Source of the DNA: a virus
Lineage: Duplodnaviria; Caudoviricetes
DNA: 53,150 bases
Direction: 5' to 3' (one strand)
Virus record (IMG/VR): IMGVR_UViG_3300029290_000001
Location: 1 to 53,150 of that record
Shown here: positions 1 to 8,501 of the stretch, in pieces
Layout of the letters: every line of letters begins with the position of its first letter
How positions within the stretch are numbered: position 1 is the stretch's first letter
Position numbers and translations under genes: made by a program
Notes under the pieces: generated by a model
Seen by the model: the letters and a program-made list of their open reading frames with translations, nothing else
The model's database searches: none
Told to the model about the DNA's origin: nothing

Positions 1-2604
1 TCACACCATATGCTGCTGCTTGCCTGCTGTCATCGCCGTCGACACTGTGCGTTTCAATTCCACGACGAGTTCACTCAACATGGAGTGACGGCCGCAGACC
101 TCAGAAACGTTGACGTAGAAGCCAGCCATCACTGACTTCTCGACACCCTTGAGCCTGACGTTGATCGACTGCCCTGTTCGGTTCTGGACGTCCGCGAGGC
201 AAACCGCCCATCCCACCTTGTCGCGCCAAAGCAGGTCGCCCTGCTTGTGGGTGATTGCGCGCGCTCCCTGATCGAGCTTCTCCGACTCCCACACCGGCCG
301 CAGGGCGTACTCGATCTCCCCCAAGAGCCGGTTCACCGTCGGGGCGACGTCGGCTACGTACGCCTTGGCGTCCTCGATGCGGATCTTGCCGAGCAGGCCC
401 GTGATGCGGCTAGACGTCGATGATGCGAGCAGTTGGGGAGCGGTGAACACTTCCCTGAGGGCGATAGCCTTGTCGATGTCCGTGCCGACGCCCCGCCAGC
501 TCGTGCCTCCCAGCGTCGCGACCAAGACCAGCCACAGCGTTCCGTCGCCGACGACGTCGTCAAAGGTGTCCCTTCGTCCATTCTGGACGTAGCGCTGTTC
601 AACGGCATGCAGGAGGCCCCTAGACCCCGGCCCCAGGCCACGGAACAGGATCGAAAAGACCTCAATAGCCCATCTCTCGGCGAGTTCCTCGGGGACCCAA
701 CCCTTGCGACGTCCACGCAATGCAACCGCCAACGGGAACGAGACTGCCTGCACCATCTGCGTGGCTGTGCAGCGCCCAGCGAACGCAGCCTCCGACATTT
801 CCGTCAAGAACGTGCTGATCTGCGTTGCCAGCCGCTCACGGAAACGCGCCTCGATGACTGCGCCGTCCGTGGCGACACCTGCCTGTTCCTTCTGGTTAGT
901 CGGCTTCGGCGGGGGCGGTGTGTCGGGCATCTGCCCTTCATCGATGTCCTCGTCCCCGGCGGCAGCAGGCGTTCGACCTTCGTCTGTCTCAGCCTCAAAC
1001 AGCAGACGAAGAATCCCCGTCAATGACAACGACCCTGATTGCGCAGACGCTAGGTAGGGTAACCCCTCACGCGACTCATCGAGGTGAACGATCAAATTGT
1101 CCGGATTGACGGGTTCCGCCGGCGCATCGCTCGTCTTCTTGCGATCAACCCCGCCGAAGCCAGGATCGCGGAAAGACGCCGGGTCGTTGAAGAGGGTCTG
1201 CGCCACCTCCTGCAGTTCATCGAGCATCTGACGCTGTTCGGCCGAGCTCGTGCTCCGATCCAACGCCTTGAACGGCTCCAGGAGCCTTGCCGCGTGACTG
1301 GCATGCTCGAGGGCAGCGAGGTCGTCGACCCACCGAGAGGCCGTCGCCCAGGTGTCAGACCCCATGGTCACGATGGCCGAAGCAAACAGGGTCGCTGCGT
1401 CCAGCCCTTCGGTGATCTCGCACATCCAGAATGCCCTTGGCCCGTGCAGTCGCGCCATCGGCAACACGCGCTCGCCAAGCCGGAGGTCAACCTGCGCGGC
1501 AGGGTCTGGCACCGGGGCGATCTCGGCGACCATGCGCCGCGAGGGGTTGTCCCACTGCAGACTCTTGATGCCGAACGATGGCTGGCGCGCGGCACGTGCC
1601 GGGTCGTGGACGGGGCGCGGAACCAGGATTTCGGCCGGCTCTTGTCCGGGCACTGCAAACAGCCCCAGTGCGGATTCGAAGTCTTGAGCGTCTGGTCGGT
1701 CGTAAATGACGATGGATTCGACGTTGCCAGCGCTTCCTGGCGCGAGGAGCCATGCGGCGGCCGAACAATTCGCTGAACCCATCACCGCCGCAGGACCGTC
1801 AGCGCCTTCGAACCAGTAGAACTTGGCGTGCAAAGGACGGTCCGATGGTGCCGCAACCAAGCGAAGCTCCAACGGCAGGTCGGCCAGTTTCTCCGCCACG
1901 AAACTCGCGGATGCGGGCGTCAACGCGATGGTGGCGCGGCTGACGCCGAACGTCGCTTGCGCCCAGCGCAGGAACGCGCCAGACTCGTCAGTCGACCCCG
2001 TGAGGATCTTCACCTCGTCGAATTGTCGGCCCGCCCAGCGCCGGGCCAGTTGTGTGGCGAGGGATTTTGTCCCCCGGCTATGCAGTACGGGACTGGCTTT
2101 GCTATCGTTGGCCGGCGTCAAGCTCAGCCATGGGACGTCCTTGAACCGGCGAACGGCGTCGCGCTCCAGGTCGCCCTGGCACCACGTCAGCACGTCGTCG
2201 AGGAAGGTGTGCAGCCAACCTCCTTTGTCGATGTGGTCTGGCCCAACCATCCACGCTGTGCCCAGCTCTTGGTTTCCACCCCACCCGGAGCTCGTTACGT
2301 TCCCGCTGCCGACCATGACGATGCCGTCCTTCGGTCCCAGCCGCAGGAATACCTTCGGGTGAAATGCGCCGGCGACATCAGCGCCAGCGAGCAGGTACTG
2401 CTTGCCGAGGTTCCAAAGCTGCCCGACGGCGGACTGAACGGAAGTGTCGATCTCACCTCTATCGCCAAGAACCAAGATATCGCTGGAACGACCTGCCCAG
2501 AGATCGGGAAGAGCGACTTGCTCGAAGAAGATCGGATCGAACGAGTAAGTCAGCAAGAGCGCCTTATGATATGCGCGCTCACGGCAAAATAGGCGGGGAT
2601 TCAT
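1..2604 (-). CDS. Phospholipase D superfamily protein (two HxK motifs) with long C-terminal extension; probable defence nuclease/effector
   Basis: 867-aa ORF; motifs FHPKVF...GSGN and LHAKFY...GSAN; N-terminal LTYSFD typical of PLD-like nucleases; ATGA overlap with upstream gene. Confidence 0.75.
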   Translation of the reverse strand: MNPRLFCRERAYHKALLLTYSFDPIFFEQVALPDLWAGRSSDILVLGDRGEIDTSVQSAVGQLWNLGKQYLLAGADVAGAFHPKVFLRLGPKDGIVMVGSGNVTSSGWGGNQELGTAWMVGPDHIDKGGWLHTFLDDVLTWCQGDLERDAVRRFKDVPWLSLTPANDSKASPVLHSRGTKSLATQLARRWAGRQFDEVKILTGSTDESGAFLRWAQATFGVSRATIALTPASASFVAEKLADLPLELRLVAAPSDRPLHAKFYWFEGADGPAAVMGSANCSAAAWLLAPGSAGNVESIVIYDRPDAQDFESALGLFAVPGQEPAEILVPRPVHDPARAARQPSFGIKSLQWDNPSRRMVAEIAPVPDPAAQVDLRLGERVLPMARLHGPRAFWMCEITEGLDAATLFASAIVTMGSDTWATASRWVDDLAALEHASHAARLLEPFKALDRSTSSAEQRQMLDELQEVAQTLFNDPASFRDPGFGGVDRKKTSDAPAEPVNPDNLIVHLDESREGLPYLASAQSGSLSLTGILRLLFEAETDEGRTPAAAGDEDIDEGQMPDTPPPPKPTNQKEQAGVATDGAVIEARFRERLATQISTFLTEMSEAAFAGRCTATQMVQAVSFPLAVALRGRRKGWVPEELAERWAIEVFSILFRGLGPGSRGLLHAVEQRYVQNGRRDTFDDVVGDGTLWLVLVATLGGTSWRGVGTDIDKAIALREVFTAPQLLASSTSSRITGLLGKIRIEDAKAYVADVAPTVNRLLGEIEYALRPVWESEKLDQGARAITHKQGDLLWRDKVGWAVCLADVQNRTGQSINVRLKGVEKSVMAGFYVNVSEVCGRHSMLSELVVELKRTVSTAMTAGKQQHMV

Positions 2605-4220
2605 GCCGCATCCCCTTCAGCCAACACGGTCAGTGCGTGTCGCAGAACGATCTCACCATCTGAGGTAACCCCGTTCGCATCAATCAGCTTGAGCTGGTGG
2701 AGCCAACCGAGCGCTTGCTGGATGCGGGACGCAGTGCGTCCAGCGACGAAACCTTTGCCGCGAGCGAACCACTTGTTCCCTTCAGCGGTCAGCAGCGCGA
2801 CGTCGCGTCTCAAGTCGACTTGCAGGCGGGACCAGGTGATCTGCAGATGCTGTTGAACCGTCCGCAACGCCATTTCCCCTGCGACCTCGCGCAGGGAGCG
2901 ATCCTCTCGGTGGAATCGCTCCAGCTCCGGGAGCACGACCTCGCGCATTCCCTGTCGCCGCCGCCCCTGGTGCGACAGACTGCGGTAGTCCTGCTTATCC
3001 TTCCACACGGCATCGCCGACTCGAAGATCTGCCATGATCCACGCGACGACTGCCAGAGACAGGGCGCCGGCGCCAGACTTCAGCGCGCGACGGTACAGCA
3101 GGGGTTCGATGAGTTTGTCGGACCATCTGACGACCCCGGGCGTGGCGTCGGCGACGAAGAGACGCGAGCGCAAACGATCCTCCAGCGCCCTGAACGTCAG
3201 ATCCGCCACTGATTCCCCGGAGGAGAGCAGGTTCAGGTCACGCAGCGCGGAATCATGTTCTTCAACGCGCTCCATGAGGGCTTCGATCACTACACCTCGG
3301 TCCACGCCAGAGAGCCCCCCATCAGGTTGGCCCAGGACCTCGCCCATCACTGCAGCGAGGACACCCTCCTGAGTGACCGCAATGGCGTCTCGCACGCAGT
3401 AGGTCACCCAGCCATCCGCAACCTGATCAACGAGCGGTTCGCCGAAACGCTCTGGAGAGCACGCGACATCGAAGAATTTCGCCTCGCTGGGTGCAGTCTT
3501 CTGCTGGGTTGCAAGCGCGAGCAGTGCTGCGTAGGTCCTGATTCGGTTCCTCTCCGTCGGCCGAGGGGCGGACGGCATGATCGCAGCGAGCAGGAAATCC
3601 CTCTCGTCATCGGGAATCTGATCGATCCTCACCTTGCTGCCGAGTTCGCGTAAATCGTCAATTGACGCCGCGCTGAGGTCATCCTCGCGAATCAGGCGCT
3701 CGATGAAAGGTACCGTGGTCAGCCGTTGATCCACTGCCATGGCGAGCGGGAGACCGCGCTCCAACACGAGCGCAGGTACGGCGTTGTCCCGGCCCTTGCT
3801 GATGCCGAGCTGGTCGGATGGGCCGGTGTAGATCGTGGATGCCGGTGATTTCACCAAGCTCGAGATTCGGACGTGAGCTTCACCCAGCGCAATGCGTCCG
3901 AGCGCCTGATCCGATCCGATCAAGCCGCTTATCGACGGATCTTCAATGAGGTTTCCGAGGACCAGCGCTGATTCGACACGCGCAGCGAATTCAGTGAACG
4001 TCTGCCAGCTATCGGCTCCCCCGCGTTGACCGTATCGATGAATCAGCCAGGCTCGAAACGCGAGATAGCGGACCGACGGGGTCACCGTGGTGACCCCGTC
4101 GAGCAGAGAACCGCCGATCATCTGGACGGGAAGCCTCAGGCCGAGCAGGTCCAAGCCGCCAGTGATGGTCGCACCACTGCTGATCCATTCGGGAGCTTGA
4201 AGGGATGCTGAGATCGCCAT
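2601..4220 (-). CDS. Uncharacterised 539-aa protein, partner of the PLD gene
   Basis: Long ORF; N-terminal GLDLLGL...GVTTVTPSVRY motif recalls PLD-associated defence proteins (DUF6361-like, unverified); C-terminus ends in a winged-helix-like pattern; stop overlaps PLD start. Confidence 0.6.
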   Translation of the reverse strand: MAISASLQAPEWISSGATITGGLDLLGLRLPVQMIGGSLLDGVTTVTPSVRYLAFRAWLIHRYGQRGGADSWQTFTEFAARVESALVLGNLIEDPSISGLIGSDQALGRIALGEAHVRISSLVKSPASTIYTGPSDQLGISKGRDNAVPALVLERGLPLAMAVDQRLTTVPFIERLIREDDLSAASIDDLRELGSKVRIDQIPDDERDFLLAAIMPSAPRPTERNRIRTYAALLALATQQKTAPSEAKFFDVACSPERFGEPLVDQVADGWVTYCVRDAIAVTQEGVLAAVMGEVLGQPDGGLSGVDRGVVIEALMERVEEHDSALRDLNLLSSGESVADLTFRALEDRLRSRLFVADATPGVVRWSDKLIEPLLYRRALKSGAGALSLAVVAWIMADLRVGDAVWKDKQDYRSLSHQGRRRQGMREVVLPELERFHREDRSLREVAGEMALRTVQQHLQITWSRLQVDLRRDVALLTAEGNKWFARGKGFVAGRTASRIQQALGWLHQLKLIDANGVTSDGEIVLRHALTVLAEGDAA

Positions 4221-4277
4221 CGATTCACCGCCCCGAGAGCAGGCACCGGGCTTCTTCTGGGCTCGATAGACGCCAAA

Positions 4278-4742
4278 TCATCTTGTCGCCTTACCGCGTG
4301 CCGGCAGAGAGAGGAGAGTCTTACTGCTACCAAGAAACTCAATCGTTTGGTCGACGAGATCTTCGATGCAGACGCGTGTTGGCCCCCTGAGAGCGCATTC
4401 CCAGACTACCAGTACTCGCCATCCCAGCTCGATGAGCGATCGCGTTGTCTTGGCGTCGCGCGCGACGTTCGCGCTGATTTTCGCTGACCAGAACTCACGT
4501 CGCGTCGCAGGCAGCTTCGCTCGAGCGCATTGATGACCGTGCCAGAAGCACCCGTTGACCTGAATGACAGCGCGAAACTTGGGGAGGACGATGTCGGGAG
4601 TGCCGGGGAGCGCGCGGACGTGCAGGCGGTAGCGCAAGCCCGCCCTGTGTAGTGCTCGTCGGAACACGAGCTCCGTGTCTGTGTCCGCACTTCGAACGCG
4701 GCTCATGTTGAGCCTGCGCTGTGCGGGAGTCAGGACGTCCAC
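4278..4742 (-). CDS. vsr: Very short patch repair endonuclease
   Basis: DVLTPAQRRLNMSRVRS, LPGTPDIV, NGCFWHGH, GWRVLVVWEC; GTG start at 4742 with GAGG upstream chosen over the ORF-track start at 4850. Confidence 0.92.
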   Translation of the reverse strand: MDVLTPAQRRLNMSRVRSADTDTELVFRRALHRAGLRYRLHVRALPGTPDIVLPKFRAVIQVNGCFWHGHQCARAKLPATRREFWSAKISANVARDAKTTRSLIELGWRVLVVWECALRGPTRVCIEDLVDQTIEFLGSSKTLLSLPARGKATR

Positions 4743-4806
4743 CCCTCTTGCCTCGCTGGTCAGTAAGCCCTCGGGCGAAGACGGGCTTGGCGCGCGAGAA
4801 GCGTTC

Positions 4807-4834
4807 ATGTAATGTAACATCCATGACGTCACAT
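4807..4834. promoter_or_regulatory. Imperfect inverted repeat in the vsr/regulator divergent region (candidate operator)
   Basis: ATGTAATGT-N10-ACGTCACAT (7/9 complementary), includes palindrome TGACGTCA; AT-rich patch between divergent starts. Confidence 0.4.
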
Positions 4835-4850
4835 TGCCATGAGCTTGCAT

Positions 4851-5066
4851 ATGAGTATCGGGACTAGCGGCCGCATCGTCATCGAAGTCGAGCCGGAACT
4901 GAAGCGAGAGCTCTATGCCTACCTCACGCGCGATGGCCTCACCCTGAAGGAATGGTTCCTTCAGGAGGCACGTACCTACTTGGCAACGACCAATCAGTTC
5001 AGCCTGGAGTTGTCAGACCGCGTTGTCGAAGAAGCAAGCCGTCCACGAGTGATTAAGAATGATTGA
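4851..5066 (+). CDS. Small ribbon-helix-helix-like regulator heading the methyltransferase operon
   Basis: GRIVIEVEPELKRELYAYL..GLTLKEWF: alternating beta strand then two helices; overlaps MTase1 start; alternative start 4839. Confidence 0.6.
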   Translation: MSIGTSGRIVIEVEPELKRELYAYLTRDGLTLKEWFLQEARTYLATTNQFSLELSDRVVEEASRPRVIKND

Positions 5067-6246
5067 GGTACAAGTTATAGATTTGTTCAGCGGCTGCGGC
5101 GGGATGTCGTGCGGTTTCATGCTGGCGGACACCAAGAACGTATCGTTCAAGTTGTTGGGCGGCCTTGATGTCGATCCGTATGCCAACGCTACCTATACGA
5201 GGATGTTGCGTCGGCCCGCGCTCGATATGAGCGCCCGTGACCTGTTGAAGCCGGCGAAGCTGAAGGTGGCATTGGAGGCCTGGGGCTACGACGAACGCAA
5301 GCCGCTCGTGCTAATTGGTTGCGCTCCGTGCCAAGGGTTCAGTTCGCATCGGAAGAAGGACCCAAGGGTTGACGACCGCAATGACCTCGTCGAGGTTTTC
5401 GGGAAGATCGCGTCGAAGCTCCGCCCCGACGTGGTTGTAATGGAAAACGTCCCTGAACTTCTTCACGAGAAGCACTGGGCGCACTTCGTCGCCTTCAAGA
5501 AGACTCTGCAGCGGGCGGGTTACTCGGTGCGTGCGAGGCTCCACAACGCTGCTGAGTTCGGCGTGCCTCAAGAACGCTTCAGGGCTTTGGTTATCGCCTC
5601 GCCTGACCCGTCAAAAATGCACATGCCCGAGCCGACTTACACTGCGAGCAACTTCCGGACGGTCCGGGATGCCATCGGAGCGCTACTGCCGCTTGAGGCT
5701 GGCGCGGCGAGCAAGTCAGACTCCATGCACCTAACGTCCAAGCATCGCCCTAACACAGTGAAGCTTCTTCGGGCGATTCCACCTGACGGCGGGAGCAGGT
5801 CAGCGTTGCCACCTGAGATGGTCCGAGATTGCCACAAATCCGTTGACGGATTTCGGGATGTCTACGGGCGCCTTTGGTGGGATCGCCCGTCGGTCTCGAT
5901 AACTGCGCGCTGCAGAACACCCTCGTGCGGGCGTTTTACTCATCCGGAGCAACATCGCGGGCTCTCAGTGCGCGAGGCTGCGCTACTGCAGAGCTTTCCT
6001 GAGGACTGGATTTTCGAAGGCCCATTCGACGACAAGTACAAGCAGATTGGCAACGCGGTACCTCCTCTCTTCGCGAAGGCGATTGCCGAGAATATCGACC
6101 GCCATTGGATTTCCGCATCTCTGCCGGTTGGCGACTTGCTATCTGGTGACATCAATGCGCCAATAGGTCGCTCAATTTCATCTTCAATCGCCGCCTGGAA
6201 GAAGCGAGCTCGGAATAACGTCGTTCAGATTGGGGCGGACCAATGA
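5059..6246 (+). CDS. DNA (cytosine-5) methyltransferase 1
   Basis: Motifs I DLFSGCGG, IV APCQGFS, VI MENV, VIII PQERFR, IX REAA, X IGNAVPP. Confidence 0.95.
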   Translation: MIEVQVIDLFSGCGGMSCGFMLADTKNVSFKLLGGLDVDPYANATYTRMLRRPALDMSARDLLKPAKLKVALEAWGYDERKPLVLIGCAPCQGFSSHRKKDPRVDDRNDLVEVFGKIASKLRPDVVVMENVPELLHEKHWAHFVAFKKTLQRAGYSVRARLHNAAEFGVPQERFRALVIASPDPSKMHMPEPTYTASNFRTVRDAIGALLPLEAGAASKSDSMHLTSKHRPNTVKLLRAIPPDGGSRSALPPEMVRDCHKSVDGFRDVYGRLWWDRPSVSITARCRTPSCGRFTHPEQHRGLSVREAALLQSFPEDWIFEGPFDDKYKQIGNAVPPLFAKAIAENIDRHWISASLPVGDLLSGDINAPIGRSISSSIAAWKKRARNNVVQIGADQ

Positions 6247-7379
6247 ATCGGTATCGCGTTGCCGATCTGTTCTCGGGCGCCGGTGGCCTGTCGCTCGGAT
6301 TCCAGCAGGCGGGTTTCGAAGTAGTCTTCGCGGCAGATAACGACAAAGAGTCCCTGGAAACCTACGTCCACAACTTCGGCCCGCATGCGTATTCATTGGA
6401 TCTGACCAGAGGCAGCCCCAAAGCCATCGCAAAGCAGATACGGGAAAAGGCCGGCGACATCGATGTGCTGATAGGTGGGCCGCCATGCCAGGGTTTTTCT
6501 ATTCAGAGGCGTGGTGCACCGGATGACCCGAGAAATCACTTGCTCTTGAGGCACGTGCAGATCGGTTTGGCGCTGAACGTAAAGGCCCTGCTGATTGAAA
6601 ATGTCCCGACGATCTTGGGAAGCCGGGGCGCCATCCAACTCAACGAGGCGCTCAGTCTTCTGGCTGATGCTTCCTATACGGTCTCGTCTGCAGTGTTGCA
6701 GGCCGCTGATTACGGGGTTCCCCAACTTCGTCGGCGAGCCTTCGTTGTGGCGTTCCGTAAGGACTTTCCGGGTGAGTTCCGCTTCTTGGAGCCTCTATAC
6801 TCGCCCAGCAGCTACGTGACGGTCCGTCAAGCATTGAGTAGCCTGCCTGGGTTACCTGAGGATCATTCGGCGCATCCCGAAATTGCCAACCATCAACGTA
6901 GGAAGATTTCCGAGATTAACCTCAAGCGTCTGTCCTACGTTCCGGAAGGTGGTGGGCGGCTGGATATTCCTGAAGAGCTCCGGCTGCCGTGCCACAAGAA
7001 AGACAATGGACATCGGCATCTCGATGTGTACGGACGAATGGTCTGGGACAAGCCCGCGCCAACCATTACGGCGATGTTTGACAATTTCACGAGGGGACGC
7101 TTTGCGCATCCTTCGGAAACTCGCAACATCACCAACCGGGAGGGGGCGCGACTCCAGTCATTTCCAGACAGCTTTGTGTTCCTCGGGAATCAGAAGTCAG
7201 TCGCGAGGCAGATCGGAAATGCGGTACCCCCGATGCTGGCAACTGCGGTTGCACACGCGATCTCAAGCCACCTCGACGGGAAGTTTCTCGGGCGGCAAAA
7301 GTCCCGCGAGAGCTCGCACGGAGGGGTCAAACGCGCGGAGCGAGAGGTAACACGCGAACAAGCCACGCCCGTCGTCTAG
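6243..7379 (+). CDS. DNA (cytosine-5) methyltransferase 2
   Basis: DLFSGAGG, GGPPCQGFS, IENV, PQLRRR, REGARLQSFPD, IGNAVPP; ATGA overlap with MTase1. Confidence 0.95.
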   Translation: MNRYRVADLFSGAGGLSLGFQQAGFEVVFAADNDKESLETYVHNFGPHAYSLDLTRGSPKAIAKQIREKAGDIDVLIGGPPCQGFSIQRRGAPDDPRNHLLLRHVQIGLALNVKALLIENVPTILGSRGAIQLNEALSLLADASYTVSSAVLQAADYGVPQLRRRAFVVAFRKDFPGEFRFLEPLYSPSSYVTVRQALSSLPGLPEDHSAHPEIANHQRRKISEINLKRLSYVPEGGGRLDIPEELRLPCHKKDNGHRHLDVYGRMVWDKPAPTITAMFDNFTRGRFAHPSETRNITNREGARLQSFPDSFVFLGNQKSVARQIGNAVPPMLATAVAHAISSHLDGKFLGRQKSRESSHGGVKRAEREVTREQATPVV

Positions 7380-8501
7380 CGTACCGATCTTTTTCGTGGT
7401 GGTATCGGGGCCGTCAGCGACGTACGCTAGGACCCCGATGTCGCATTTCATTCTCGAAACGTACGACGACAGCTGATAGACATCGGCAGCCGACGGGTTT
7501 GTGGCCACGGAGTACTTTGCATCAATTACAGCTACTGACTTCGCTCCTCTGTAGAAGACAATATCGGGGTCTATTTCCGGCCCCCCGTCGTCAAACAGTG
7601 TTTGCCCGGTGCCACGTAGTGGGTGTAAGACGACCTTGTCATCAGGTGAGTGATGATGGTGAGAGAACAGCATCTGTACTGCACTCTCCCACAGCTTTTC
7701 CATATCCACGAATTCCGCAATTCCAGACCCGATACGCTGCGAAATTCGTATGTAGTCTTCATCGACCAGAACTTGCTGGCAAAAGGCGCACAGGGCGAGA
7801 AGCGCAGGACGTCCTTCGAGTTCGGACAGGAGCCCAAAGGTGTCCTTGGCTTCGAGGTCATCGACGGGGATCAAAAAATCACCCGACAAATCGATGAGTC
7901 TGACTACCCTCGAACGCAAAGAGGAATCTCCTGCTTCAAGGCTGGAGATCCTCCGTCTTACCGCGTCAAGAGCCGGCGCAAAGTGCGCGAAATGATTTCG
8001 GATTTGCTGGCTTGCGACAACCTTGTGGTTTACACCCTTGGCGGTTAGCTTGGAGATGGTTTCCCGGAAATTGATCCTTCCGCGTGGCGCCGAAGTGACC
8101 AGTGTAACGGTTGTGTATTTCCACGGCAGCCCCTCCTGATGGACACAGGAGAGCAGGTAGTCGAAGGTGTTCCAGAGAGTGCCGCCCTCCGGGGTCTTGC
8201 CCCGCTTGCCGGGGTCATCGACATTGAGGCGCTTTCTCCAACCGTCGAGCCTTCGCAGTAGCCCGCTTACCAGATCCGGTGACTTGGCAAGTACTTCGAG
8301 ACGTAAACGTGGGGAGTCGAAGACCCCAACCAGCGTCTTGGGCTCCAAAAGAAGGTACTCGCCAGACTGCTGAATCTTGAGGACGCCGATTCGCGCCAGC
8401 TCATTCGCATCAGCGCCGCAATTCGATCTCGCCCATTCAACGCGCGAAATTACTTGAGGTGAGCCTCGCTCCCTCAAACTGATGTGGAGTTTGCCTTGCA
8501 C
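7263..8501 (-). CDS. mcrC: McrC-like PD-(D/E)xK restriction nuclease subunit
   Basis: PRGRINF, DMEKLWE, IDPDIV...IDAKY...ADVYQLSSY; directly downstream of and overlapping the McrB-like gene. Confidence 0.85.
   Translation of the reverse strand: MQGKLHISLRERGSPQVISRVEWARSNCGADANELARIGVLKIQQSGEYLLLEPKTLVGVFDSPRLRLEVLAKSPDLVSGLLRRLDGWRKRLNVDDPGKRGKTPEGGTLWNTFDYLLSCVHQEGLPWKYTTVTLVTSAPRGRINFRETISKLTAKGVNHKVVASQQIRNHFAHFAPALDAVRRRISSLEAGDSSLRSRVVRLIDLSGDFLIPVDDLEAKDTFGLLSELEGRPALLALCAFCQQVLVDEDYIRISQRIGSGIAEFVDMEKLWESAVQMLFSHHHHSPDDKVVLHPLRGTGQTLFDDGGPEIDPDIVFYRGAKSVAVIDAKYSVATNPSAADVYQLSSYVSRMKCDIGVLAYVADGPDTTTKKIGTLDDGRGLFACYLSLRAFDPSVRALAGLLPPEKLPVEVA

Noticed and set aside
1-7379. DISARM class II (PLD plus C5 MTase)
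   Set aside because: No DrmA helicase or DrmB visible in the window; the PLD protein is far longer than DrmC
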